Below, in pieces: positions 44,811 to 54,337 of a DNA stretch of 64,000 nucleotides (position 1 is its first letter; each line of letters starts with the position of its first letter). The DNA is taken from NCBI GenBank assembly GCA_965267575.1, contig OZ254086.1, positions 4,032,001 through 4,096,000 of the forward strand, given 5' to 3'. The position numbers and the translations under genes were made by a program. The DNA is from Calditrichales bacterium (GTDB lineage: Bacteria > Calditrichota > Calditrichia > Calditrichales > J004). Below the pieces are notes generated by a model. It worked only from the letters and a program-made list of their open reading frames with translations. It was not told the origin of the DNA and did no database searches.

Positions 44811-47800
44811 CTACAATTTCTCTAACCCTACAATGAGTTCAGTAGAATCCAGTTGCACCCGTTTTTTAAATGAGGCATCTAATGTAACAAATTTTAATTC
44901 TTCTGCCAAAGTTTCCGTACAAATATAGCGCTCTTGCTGCTTCAGTTTTGATGACGTTGTATCATCGGCACCTTCAACGCCGATTTTAATTCTATCGGTC
45001 ACTTCAAAGCCGGCCTCTTTGCGCAGGTTCTGAACCCGGTTTACAAATTCCCGCGCAAAACCTTCGGTCAACAGCTCGTCATTTAATTCCGTATTCAACG
45101 CCACGGTCAGGCCCGCATCACGCTGCACAAGGAAACCTTCTTTCGCTTCGGCAACCACTTCGATATCGTCTTCACCCAGCTCAAAGGTCTGGCCGTTTGC
45201 ATCAAGCGTCAGCGCATTATTTTTCATATAAGCGAGAATATCATCCTCACCAAGTCCTTTAATTTTTCCGGCCAGCAGACCCATCAGTTTACCGGCGCGG
45301 GCGCCCAGTTGCTTAAAGTTGGGCTTGGCGCTAAAGGTCACCATCTCGCCGCTCTTTTCCGCAAAACGAAGCTGCTTTACGTTTATTTCCTCGCAGATAA
45401 TACCCTGCATCTGCGCGGCGTATTCCCTGTGTGTTTTTTGATTGCTGTTTACCACCAGTTCACTCAACGGCTGGCGCACTCTGATCTGCGCTTCATTACG
45501 CAAGGCACGTGCAAGGCTAACAACCCGCTGCGCGAACGCCATCTTTTCTTCAAGATCAACATCGATCCGTGCTTCCATTTCTTTGGTCACCACCGGATAA
45601 TCGGCGTGGTGCACACTCTCCAGCGACTGATCACGGTTTAGGTTGCGGAAAATCTCCTCGCTCACAAACGGCGCCACCGGCGCGATCATCTTTGTTATAG
45701 TAAGAAGCACCTCATACAGCGTCTGGTATGCCGCCATTTTATCCTCACCCGCTTCCGATTTCCAGAAACGGCGGCGGTTGCGCCGCACATACCAATTGGA
45801 AACATCATCCAGCACAAAATCGGAAATGGCGCGCACGCTCTTGGTCAGATCGTATTTGTCCATATGGCCGTTAACAGTCTTCACAAGCGAATACAGTTTC
45901 GACAGTATCCAGCGGTCGATTTCCGGACGCTTCCCATGCGCCACGGCTTCCTGGCGGGGATCGAACTTATCCACATTGGCATACAGCACAAAGAAGGAAT
46001 AGGTATTCATCAGCGTGTTAACAAACTTGCGCTGCACTTCGGCCACGCCTTCCTCATCAAACTTTTTTGGTATCCACGGCGGGCTGGCCGCAAGAAAATA
46101 CCAGCGCAACGAGTCCGCCCCGAAACGCTCCATGATCTCGTTGTGGAAAACCACATTGCCACGCGATTTGGACATCTTCTGTCCGTGTTTGTCCAGGATC
46201 AAATCATTCACAATAATGTTTTTAAACGCCGGCTTGCCAAACAAAACAGTGGCAATATTGTGCAGCGTGTAAAACCAGCCCCGTGTCTGATCAACACCCT
46301 CTGCGATAAAGTCCGCCGGGAAGTTTTTCTCAAAAACCTCTTTGTTCTCAAACGGGTAATGGAATTGGGCAAACGGCATAGCGCCACTGTCAAACCACAC
46401 ATCGATGATCTCCGGCGTGCGGCGGTATATGGTGCCCTCTTTTTCGTAAATCACACGGTCCACAAAGGGCCTGTGCAGGTCTATCTCCTCTTCCGGCAGG
46501 GAGCTTACCGGCACACGGCTGCCATCCTCTTTTTCAAAGAGGCCTTCTTTCAGTTCATCAATTGAGCCGACCGCAAAATGGTCCTCGCCGTTTTCCGCCA
46601 CCCAGATCGGTAAGGGCGTACCCCAATAGCGGTCACGCGAGAGCGACCATTCCTTCACCTCTGCCAGCCAGTTACCAAAGCGGCCGCTGCCGATCTCCGG
46701 CGGGCACCAGTTGATCTGATCATTATTTTCGACCATATCCTTTTTGTATTCCGGCGATTTAATGAACCACGATTCACGTGCGTAGTAGATGATCGGGTTT
46801 TCGGTTCGCCAGCAATGGGGATAGGAGTGTACATAATCAAAGCTGGACTTGTACAGCTTGTCCATTTTCTTAAGCGCGTAGATCACATCTTTATCCACAC
46901 CTTCTTCTGTGTGGTCCGGATAGGTGAAGGTCTTTACCGTGCGACCGGAAAACTCACCCACTCCGTCGGTAAATCTTCCGCCCGGTGTCACCGGCTGCAG
47001 GAACGGCAAATTATAGACTCTGGACATCTCGTAGTCGTCCTGCCCGAAAGCAGGCGCCATATGCACTATACCCGATCCATCCTCTGTTGAAACAAAGTCA
47101 CCGGCCACCACGGTCAGCCCGTTGGGATATTTTTCACGGTCAATGGGCAGAAAATCAAAAATCTGCCCATACACCGATCCCACCAGGTCTTTGCCTTTAA
47201 AACTGTCCAGGATTTCGTATTCGCCGTCGATAACGCTGAGGCGTTCTCTGGCCAGCACCAGTTTGTCCGTTAGATCAATCTTGTCATCGCCGCTTTTAAC
47301 CGTGCGCTTGTTTTCAATCAGCACATAGTCAATATCCGTTCCCACGGCCATGGCCACATTGGAGATCAGCGTCCACGGCGTCGTGGTCCATACCACCATC
47401 CGCGCGCCCTCCAGGCTGTCACGCGGGCTTTCTTCAATCTTAACCTTGATAAAACAATTGGGATCCTTAACCTCTTTATAGCCCAGCGACAGTTCATGTG
47501 AGCTTAGCGGCGTTTCTATGGTTGGCGATTGCGGTACGATCTTAAAACCCTTGTAAATAAGCCCTTTATTGTAGATTGTTTTTATCGCCCACCAGATTGA
47601 TTCGATATAGTCGTTTTTGTAAGTGATATAAGGATGGTCCAGATCGATCCAGTAGCCCATGCGGTCGGTCAGCTGGCGCCAGCCCTCATCCATATCGATG
47701 TGCTTGTTGACCAGCTCGCGGCAGGCTTTGTTAAACTTGTCGATCCCGTATTCTTCGATTTGGTTTTTCTGGGTGAGACCCAGTTCCTTCTCCACGGCGA

Positions 47801-48080
47801 TTTCTACCGGCAGGCCGTGCGTGTCCCAGCCCGCCTTGCGCGCCACGTAATGGCCTTTCATCGCTTTGTAGCGGCAAACGGCGTCTTTAATCGTACGCGC
47901 CATCACATGGTGGATGCCGGGCCGGCCGTTGGCCGTGGGCGGGCCTTCATAAAAAACATAGGGCGGATTGTTTTTGCGCTTCTCCAGCTCTTTTTCGAAA
48001 ATCCTGTTCTTTTGCCAAAAAGCCAGGATCTCTTTTTCCAGTTCAGCAAGATTTATTTTATTCGATACTTCACGAAACAT
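44811..48080 (-). CDS. ileS: Isoleucine--tRNA ligase, type 2
   Basis: EGPPTANGRPGIHH, GWDTHGLP, WTTTPWTL, DQTRGWFY, KMSKS, type 2 C-terminus. Confidence 0.97.
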   Translation of the reverse strand: MFREVSNKINLAELEKEILAFWQKNRIFEKELEKRKNNPPYVFYEGPPTANGRPGIHHVMARTIKDAVCRYKAMKGHYVARKAGWDTHGLPVEIAVEKELGLTQKNQIEEYGIDKFNKACRELVNKHIDMDEGWRQLTDRMGYWIDLDHPYITYKNDYIESIWWAIKTIYNKGLIYKGFKIVPQSPTIETPLSSHELSLGYKEVKDPNCFIKVKIEESPRDSLEGARMVVWTTTPWTLISNVAMAVGTDIDYVLIENKRTVKSGDDKIDLTDKLVLARERLSVIDGEYEILDSFKGKDLVGSVYGQIFDFLPIDREKYPNGLTVVAGDFVSTEDGSGIVHMAPAFGQDDYEMSRVYNLPFLQPVTPGGRFTDGVGEFSGRTVKTFTYPDHTEEGVDKDVIYALKKMDKLYKSSFDYVHSYPHCWRTENPIIYYARESWFIKSPEYKKDMVENNDQINWCPPEIGSGRFGNWLAEVKEWSLSRDRYWGTPLPIWVAENGEDHFAVGSIDELKEGLFEKEDGSRVPVSSLPEEEIDLHRPFVDRVIYEKEGTIYRRTPEIIDVWFDSGAMPFAQFHYPFENKEVFEKNFPADFIAEGVDQTRGWFYTLHNIATVLFGKPAFKNIIVNDLILDKHGQKMSKSRGNVVFHNEIMERFGADSLRWYFLAASPPWIPKKFDEEGVAEVQRKFVNTLMNTYSFFVLYANVDKFDPRQEAVAHGKRPEIDRWILSKLYSLVKTVNGHMDKYDLTKSVRAISDFVLDDVSNWYVRRNRRRFWKSEAGEDKMAAYQTLYEVLLTITKMIAPVAPFVSEEIFRNLNRDQSLESVHHADYPVVTKEMEARIDVDLEEKMAFAQRVVSLARALRNEAQIRVRQPLSELVVNSNQKTHREYAAQMQGIICEEINVKQLRFAEKSGEMVTFSAKPNFKQLGARAGKLMGLLAGKIKGLGEDDILAYMKNNALTLDANGQTFELGEDDIEVVAEAKEGFLVQRDAGLTVALNTELNDELLTEGFAREFVNRVQNLRKEAGFEVTDRIKIGVEGADDTTSSKLKQQERYICTETLAEELKFVTLDASFKKRVQLDSTELIVGLEKL

Positions 48081-48131
48081 TTTTGTACCTGTATTAAATA
48101 TTTGATTTTAGAATGATAAGGATATCAATGG

Positions 48132-48965
48132 TTACACGCGGGCGATTATTTCCTTCATAAGCAGGGTCAGCTTAGGCTCCGCTTCGTTGGCAGCGGCAAT
48201 GATCTCGGGCAGATCCACCGGCTTCAGAGCGTCCGGGAAACATTCATCTGTTATAACGGAAATAGCCAGCACATCCATGCCGGCATGTACCGCGGCAATG
48301 CATTCGGGTACGGTGGACATGCCCACCACATCGGCGCCGATGGTTCGCAAAAAGCGATATTCCGCCCGTGTTTCCAGGTTGGGTCCGGAAACTGCCACAT
48401 ATACGCCTTTGTGCAACCTGATGCGTTTTTCCAGCGCAATCTCTTCGGCCAGGGCGATCAATCCGCGAGAATAGGGTTCAGACATGTCCGGAAAGCGCGG
48501 GCCATATTCTTCAAGGTTGGGCCCGATCAGAGGGTTATCGCCCAGCAAATTGATATGGTCATCGAGGATCATCAGCTCCCCGCGCCGGTATTGCGGGTTC
48601 ATGCCGCCGCAGGCATTGGATATCAGCAATGTGCGGATGCCCAGCTCATGCATAATCCGAACCGGAAAAACAATCTGCTGCATGGAGTAACCTTCATAAA
48701 AATGAAAGCGCCCCTGCATGGCCAGCACCTTCTTGCCCGAAAGCGTGCCAAAGATAAGTTTTCCGGCGTGGCTCTCCACCGTAGACTGCGGAAAATGTGG
48801 TATATCGCGGTAATCAACAATCTGCTCGCTTTTGATCTCTTTGGCCAATCCGCCAAGGCCCGTTCCAAGAATAATGCCCGTTTCCGGAGAGCCGGGTAAT
48901 TTCTCTTTTAAATATTTTACAGCGCCGGCAATCTGCCCGCGGTATTCATCAGCGTTAAACTTCAT
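48132..48965 (-). CDS. Purine nucleoside phosphorylase (trimeric type)
   Basis: ILGTGLG, GRFHFYEG, GPNLETRAE, VGMSTVPE. Confidence 0.93.
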   Translation of the reverse strand: MKFNADEYRGQIAGAVKYLKEKLPGSPETGIILGTGLGGLAKEIKSEQIVDYRDIPHFPQSTVESHAGKLIFGTLSGKKVLAMQGRFHFYEGYSMQQIVFPVRIMHELGIRTLLISNACGGMNPQYRRGELMILDDHINLLGDNPLIGPNLEEYGPRFPDMSEPYSRGLIALAEEIALEKRIRLHKGVYVAVSGPNLETRAEYRFLRTIGADVVGMSTVPECIAAVHAGMDVLAISVITDECFPDALKPVDLPEIIAAANEAEPKLTLLMKEIIARV

Positions 48966-49606
48966 CCGTCTTTTTTCTTCTTCTTGTCTATCTCTTTTTG
49001 CAGTTCTTCTTTCTGACGCTGCTGCTCTTCAAGTTTGCGTTTTTCCTCTTCGAGCAGTTTTTCTCGGCGCACTTTGGCTTCTTCGGCGCGCTGCTTTCGC
49101 ACCTCAAAGGCAGCATCTTCAAAATCGCGCTCCAGGCCGATGCGCCCAAAATACCAGGCCCCGGCAATACCAAAAACCGCTGTACTGATCAGCGGCGGCG
49201 CATCAACTCCGGCACCAACCAGCGCCACCCCTACTGCCGTACCGGCCGCGGCTCCCATTACGAGACCACCGGCGCCGTAAAGCAACGTGTTGTTGAGGCC
49301 GCTGGCGTCGTTTATCTGGTAATGCGGAATCGGCACCGCTTCAAAATCATAAACTTTATCGGACTCGTCCAGGGACTGAATATTTTCATAAAGAACAAAC
49401 GATCTCTTGTTATCCGAAGCATCAATATAGACCAGCTTGTTGCCGTCGCGTTTAAGCACGATCCCTTCCCTTTTCGAACCATCCTTAAGGTGGATGACCA
49501 CACTGGCCTGGGAATAGGGATCTTCCATAGTGAGCTCCCGTTTTCCCGCACAACCCAGCACAAAGAGCGCGCCCAATAAATAAATCAGGCTAAATTTTAA
49601 TCGCAT
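48962..49606 (-). CDS. Hypothetical lipoprotein with glycine-zipper segment and charged coiled-coil tail
   Basis: Lipobox VLGC; GAGGLVMGAAAGTAVGVALVG; E/K-rich C-terminus. Confidence 0.65.
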   Translation of the reverse strand: MRLKFSLIYLLGALFVLGCAGKRELTMEDPYSQASVVIHLKDGSKREGIVLKRDGNKLVYIDASDNKRSFVLYENIQSLDESDKVYDFEAVPIPHYQINDASGLNNTLLYGAGGLVMGAAAGTAVGVALVGAGVDAPPLISTAVFGIAGAWYFGRIGLERDFEDAAFEVRKQRAEEAKVRREKLLEEEKRKLEEQQRQKEELQKEIDKKKKKDG

Positions 49607-49620
49607 TGTTGTCTCCTGTT

Positions 49621-50289
49621 TTATCTGTCCGAATCGGGATTCTCGCCAAAAATATCGTTGAATAAATCTTTGCCGTGCGTTTTCTCCTGGGCTGAGCCGC
49701 TACTCTTGGCAGGCGGGCTGCTGCCCTTGTCGTCGCTGCGCCGTATGGCTGAGGAAGGCTGCGGTTGCGGCGCCTTGGTTTTTACGGCCGCTTTAGCCAT
49801 GGGACTTTTGCTGCGGTCTTTAAGCCGCGAAAGGTCAAGGTCGTCTGTCTCCAGTACATCCATGAGTTCCAGCTGAGAGGAAAGCAGGTGGCGCATGCGG
49901 CTGATAAACGAATGTTTCTGATTTTGCAGGCTGGTGACTTCCTCGCGCATTTTGTGTACCTGCAGACGCGTTTTTTCCAGAAGCTGCGCCGCGGCAAGTT
50001 CGGCCTCTTTTTTAATCAGCCCCGCTTCCTTGGCAGAATTTTGCTTGGACAGCTCGGAGCTTTCCTGCATGTTCTGCAGTGTCTGTTTGAGCGTCTTTTC
50101 CACCTCTCTGTAATTTTTAAGCTCGCTTTCCATGGACAGGTTCTGCTTGCTCAGACGCTCGGTTTCTTCAAGCAATTCCTGATATTTGTCCGCCACCAGT
50201 TCCAGGAATGTATCCACTTCAACGGGGTCATAGCCGCGCATACCTTTCTTGAATTCCTGGTTTTTTATCTCTATCGGTGTGAGTTTCAC
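49621..50289 (-). CDS. DivIVA domain protein
   Basis: LTPIEIKNQEF..GMRGYDPVEVDTFL, coiled coil; GTG start after AGGAGG. Confidence 0.92.
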   Translation of the reverse strand: MKLTPIEIKNQEFKKGMRGYDPVEVDTFLELVADKYQELLEETERLSKQNLSMESELKNYREVEKTLKQTLQNMQESSELSKQNSAKEAGLIKKEAELAAAQLLEKTRLQVHKMREEVTSLQNQKHSFISRMRHLLSSQLELMDVLETDDLDLSRLKDRSKSPMAKAAVKTKAPQPQPSSAIRRSDDKGSSPPAKSSGSAQEKTHGKDLFNDIFGENPDSDR

Positions 50290-50290
50290 A

Positions 50291-50983
50291 TTACCTCCTT
50301 CTCGGGCCAAATATCGCGGTGCCTATACGGACGTGCGTACTGCCCTCTTCAATCGCCCATTTAAAATCGTTGGACATACCCATGGATAACCACGGAAAAC
50401 TATCCGCGCCTTTTTCTTTCTGCAATGTTTCCCGCAACCTGCGCAGGCGCTCAAAGGCCGGCCGCACGCGTTTTTCATCATCGCTGAACGGAGCCATGAT
50501 CATTAAGCCTTTTACACGGAGGCGCCTCTCTTCATAAAGCTGCAAACAGAGATCCCGTGCTGCTTCCGCATCCAGGCCCGCTTTGCTCTCCTCCAGGCCG
50601 TTGTGCACTTCGACTAAAACGTCGGGCACAATATCATTTTTTTCTGCGTATGCTGCAATCTGCCCGGCCAGCTTTTCTGAATTTACACTATGGACCAACC
50701 GCGACGCGGGCAGGACATATTTTATTTTGTTGCTCTGCAGATTACCCACAAAATGCCAGATAATATCATCGGGAAGACCGGGCGCCTTATCCCGCAGTTC
50801 CTGTGGCCGGTTTTCACCAAAATGCCTGTGCCCAAGGCTGTAAGCTTCCAAAATGGTTTCCGGCGGGAATTTTTTACTGATTGCCACCAGGGTAATTTCC
50901 TGCGGGGACCGTCCGCTGCGCTCCGCGGCCAGCGTGATTTCATCGTTAACCCGCTTCAGCCTGTCTTCGAGGCTCTGCGACAT
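50291..50983 (-). CDS. yggS: YggS-family PLP homeostasis protein
   Basis: LVAISK, FGENRPQE, WHFVGNLQSNK, LSMGMSND, VRIGTAIFG. Confidence 0.94.
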   Translation of the reverse strand: MSQSLEDRLKRVNDEITLAAERSGRSPQEITLVAISKKFPPETILEAYSLGHRHFGENRPQELRDKAPGLPDDIIWHFVGNLQSNKIKYVLPASRLVHSVNSEKLAGQIAAYAEKNDIVPDVLVEVHNGLEESKAGLDAEAARDLCLQLYEERRLRVKGLMIMAPFSDDEKRVRPAFERLRRLRETLQKEKGADSFPWLSMGMSNDFKWAIEEGSTHVRIGTAIFGPRRR

Positions 50984-50984
50984 T

Positions 50985-51284
50985 TTAATTTTTAAAACCG
51001 GGTTGCGTCGGATTGGCGGGTGTCCTGACCGGTTTTATCTCGCCAAACTGCGCTTCATATTTGTTAATATTGTCCTGCAGCGCCATCAGCAGAGACTTGG
51101 CGTGCTGCGGGCCGGTAATAATGCGCGAATAGACTTTAGCTTTTGGACGGCCCGGAACGACGCGAATAAAATCCAGAACAAATTCGGCCGGTGAATGGCT
51201 GATAAGAACGAGATTGCTGTAGGTCCCTTCCGCTTCCTTTTCACCCAGTTCAATATTAAGTTGTTTTTCTTTCTTACTATCCAT
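50985..51284 (-). CDS. DUF3467-like protein
   Basis: EGTYSNL..HSPAEFVLDF..SRII..PQHAK..YE..FGEI. Confidence 0.8.
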   Translation of the reverse strand: MDSKKEKQLNIELGEKEAEGTYSNLVLISHSPAEFVLDFIRVVPGRPKAKVYSRIITGPQHAKSLLMALQDNINKYEAQFGEIKPVRTPANPTQPGFKN

Positions 51285-51412
51285 AAAATTTCTCGTTTTC
51301 CGTTCAGCACGTGCCCGGTTTCAGCATGCGCAAAACTTTGTTTTTGTGTAACTTTCAAGCTGAAAAATTTATTGAAATCATTTTTTTAAGTCAAGGTAAG
51401 TACAAGGCGTTT

Positions 51413-53275
51413 ATGGCCCCCATTCCGCAGGAAAAAATAGATGAAATCCGCTCATCGGTGAACCTGGTGCACTATATAGGGCAGTTCGTGAATCTTAAAC
51501 AGGCCGGAAAAGATTATAAAGGTCTGTGCCCTTTTCACCAGGAGAAGACACCTTCTTTTGTGGTAAGTCCGAAAAAACAGATCTACCACTGTTTCGGCTG
51601 CGGGCGCGGTGGCAATCTTTTTTCATTTATTATTGAATACGAAAAGCTGCCTTTTGTTGAAGCTGTCCAAAAAGCAGCGGATTTTGCCGGCATTGTCCTG
51701 CCCAAATCCCCCCAGAAAAGCGAAGAGATCAGCCATAGCCAGAAGCTTTACCAGGTTAACGAAAAGGCTTGCCGCTTTTTTGAAGAGCAGTTGCAGCAGC
51801 CGCAGCACAAACAATATAAAGACTATTTTGAGAAACGCGACATAAGCGACAAGACCATCGCCGCCTTCCGCCTAGGCTACGCGCCCGACAGTTATGATAA
51901 GCTGATCAATTACCTGAACAAGGCCGGGTCGGAGATCAAGCTGGCTGAAGAGCTGGGTCTGATCCAGCAGCGTCAAAGCGGCAGCGGATATTATGACAAA
52001 TTCCGTCAGCGCATTATTTTTCCTTTCTTTAATCTCAGTGGCAAGATCGTTGGATTTGGCGGCCGCAAAATGCGCGAAGAGCAGCAGCCCAAATACCTGA
52101 ACAGCCCTGAAAACGCCATTTACAATAAAGGCTCCATTCTTTACGGACTGCACCAGGCCATACAAGCGATACGCGACAAACAATACACTATACTGGTTGA
52201 AGGCTATTTTGACCTGCTGCGTCTATACGAAAACGGCATCCGCAACGTGGTTGCCAGCAGCGGCACGGCACTCAGCGATAACCAGGCCAGGCTTATGGCG
52301 CGCTATGCCAGGTCTGTCTACATTGCGTATGACGGTGATGAAGCCGGGATAAAGGCCGCGCTGAGAAACGCGCAGATCATTGAAAACCAGGATTTACAAT
52401 GTTTTGTCGTGCCCATGCCCGAGGGCGATGATCCGGACAGCTACGTCCAGGAGAACGGCCCAGGCCCTTTTCGCAAATTACTTGAAAAAAAAGTTTTGCC
52501 TATCGAATTTCGTGTAGATCGTTTTCGTTCAACACAACCTGATGCGGGCATGGAGGAAAAGGAGCTCTTTATAGGCGAGGTGCTGGACGAACTGGCTCGT
52601 TTCAGCAACACGGGCAAGGCCGGACTGTACCTGCACCACCTGGCCGACGAAATGGAGGTGAACGAAAAGCTGCTGGTAGATGAGCTCAACAGGCGCCGCA
52701 GGGAGGTTATGCGCCAGGAAAGAAAACGGGCGTCATTTAAAAAACGTCAGCAGCAGGAGAAGGAGCCGTCATCCGCGGGACAGGCTGAAAACAGGCCCGT
52801 GATGCAATCGCTGCGCGGTGTGCATAAGGCCGAAGAGGGCATAATAGAAATGCTACTGAACGCGGAAGGGGCTGTGCGCGCGTACATTATGAACAACGTC
52901 GGTTTTGAAATGTTTGAGAACGAAGTTTATGCGGATCTGTACACGTTTATTATTCACGAACTTGAGGAACACGGTGATGTTGAGTTGCACCGTATCTATG
53001 AGAATCCCGATCTTACACCCGAGTTGCAAAACGTTTTAACCCGGCTTAGCGTGCGCGATTTTGAAAAGGAAATGCGCTTTGCCCATGATTGTATCTTTCA
53101 GCTTAAAAAGTGGCGCCTGCAGAAGGAAGCCCGTGATCTAATGCGCCAAATCAAGATTGAAAGCGAATCGGAAGAGGCGGTATTGCATTACACAACCGAA
53201 CTAAACCGTGTGAACCGGGCGATCAACGCCCTGGATAAAGAGCATAGAAACCAAAGACACAATACAACACATTAA
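51413..53275 (+). CDS. dnaG: DNA primase
   Basis: CPFH.EKTPSF..CFGC zinc ribbon, KYLNSPE, VEGYFD, YDGDEAG, DPD. Confidence 0.97.
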   Translation: MAPIPQEKIDEIRSSVNLVHYIGQFVNLKQAGKDYKGLCPFHQEKTPSFVVSPKKQIYHCFGCGRGGNLFSFIIEYEKLPFVEAVQKAADFAGIVLPKSPQKSEEISHSQKLYQVNEKACRFFEEQLQQPQHKQYKDYFEKRDISDKTIAAFRLGYAPDSYDKLINYLNKAGSEIKLAEELGLIQQRQSGSGYYDKFRQRIIFPFFNLSGKIVGFGGRKMREEQQPKYLNSPENAIYNKGSILYGLHQAIQAIRDKQYTILVEGYFDLLRLYENGIRNVVASSGTALSDNQARLMARYARSVYIAYDGDEAGIKAALRNAQIIENQDLQCFVVPMPEGDDPDSYVQENGPGPFRKLLEKKVLPIEFRVDRFRSTQPDAGMEEKELFIGEVLDELARFSNTGKAGLYLHHLADEMEVNEKLLVDELNRRRREVMRQERKRASFKKRQQQEKEPSSAGQAENRPVMQSLRGVHKAEEGIIEMLLNAEGAVRAYIMNNVGFEMFENEVYADLYTFIIHELEEHGDVELHRIYENPDLTPELQNVLTRLSVRDFEKEMRFAHDCIFQLKKWRLQKEARDLMRQIKIESESEEAVLHYTTELNRVNRAINALDKEHRNQRHNTTH

Positions 53276-53281
53276 GGATTT

Positions 53282-54313
53282 ATGTCCCCGTTTGAACATG
53301 ACCTAAGACGTGTCGCGGCGAAGGTTAAGCGCAACACGCCGCTGTCCGATCACACCACAATGCGTATTGGCGGACCCGCTGATTACCTCGTGGAAGCGAC
53401 CAACAGCGAGCAGCTTGTAAAAGCCTTGCGCCTGTGCCGTGAACAGGGTATCCCGCACAGACTTTTAGGCGGCGGCAGTAATGTAATTGTCTCCGACAAA
53501 GGCTTCCGCGGCGTGATTATTATTAATCGCGATACGTCGTGGCAGATACTGGACAAGGTGCCGGCAGATTTGCAGTTGGAGCATTCCGAATCGCGCTATG
53601 AAATACATGGCAGCGATTACGGCAGTCCGCAGGAAGTCGATTACAGCGATGAGGATGCTCCTCCTGTCCTCGTGCGTGCTTCGGCCGGGCTGCGTATTGT
53701 TCCATGGATGAAGGAGCTCTTTGATCAGGGCATTACGGGCCTGCAATGGTATGCCGGTATCCCGGCGACCATCGGCGGTTCTATTTTTATGAACATGCAC
53801 GGCGGTCATCACTTTTTTGGTGACATTGTTTTCCGGGCAGAGCTTTTCGACGGAGAAAAAGCGCGCTGGGAGCCGCAGAAATATTTCAATTTTAATTACG
53901 ACTGGAGCATACTGCACAATACGCGTGAGATTATATTGCGCGCTGAACTGGTATTGCGAAAAGGCGATCCCCTGAAAGCGCGCGAACAGGCCAAAAAGTG
54001 GGCACGCAGCAAATCGCAGCAGCCTCAGCGTTCGGCGGGTTGTATATTCCAAAACCTCAATCCTGATCAGCAGCAAAAACTAAAACTGGACACCCCTTCC
54101 GTGGGATATGTGGTGGACAAGTTGCTTGGGCTAAAAGGAGTTTCATGTGGTGACGCGGTGATCGCCCCGTCTCATGCGGCCTTTATCGTCAACAAAGGCA
54201 AGGCCAGCGCCACAGATGTCTACTACCTTTACAAGCGTATTCAGGACGCATCACGTGAAAAACTTGGCATTGAGCTACAGCCTGAGGTTGAATTTATCGG
54301 CGACTTTGAATAA
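53282..54313 (+). CDS. murB: UDP-N-acetylmuramate dehydrogenase (divergent)
   Basis: HTTMRIGGPA, LGGGSN, GIPATIGG, SAGCIFQN, HAAFIVN, LQPEV. Confidence 0.9.
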   Translation: MSPFEHDLRRVAAKVKRNTPLSDHTTMRIGGPADYLVEATNSEQLVKALRLCREQGIPHRLLGGGSNVIVSDKGFRGVIIINRDTSWQILDKVPADLQLEHSESRYEIHGSDYGSPQEVDYSDEDAPPVLVRASAGLRIVPWMKELFDQGITGLQWYAGIPATIGGSIFMNMHGGHHFFGDIVFRAELFDGEKARWEPQKYFNFNYDWSILHNTREIILRAELVLRKGDPLKAREQAKKWARSKSQQPQRSAGCIFQNLNPDQQQKLKLDTPSVGYVVDKLLGLKGVSCGDAVIAPSHAAFIVNKGKASATDVYYLYKRIQDASREKLGIELQPEVEFIGDFE

Positions 54314-54337
54314 AACGTCGCTTCCGCAAAAACCGTT

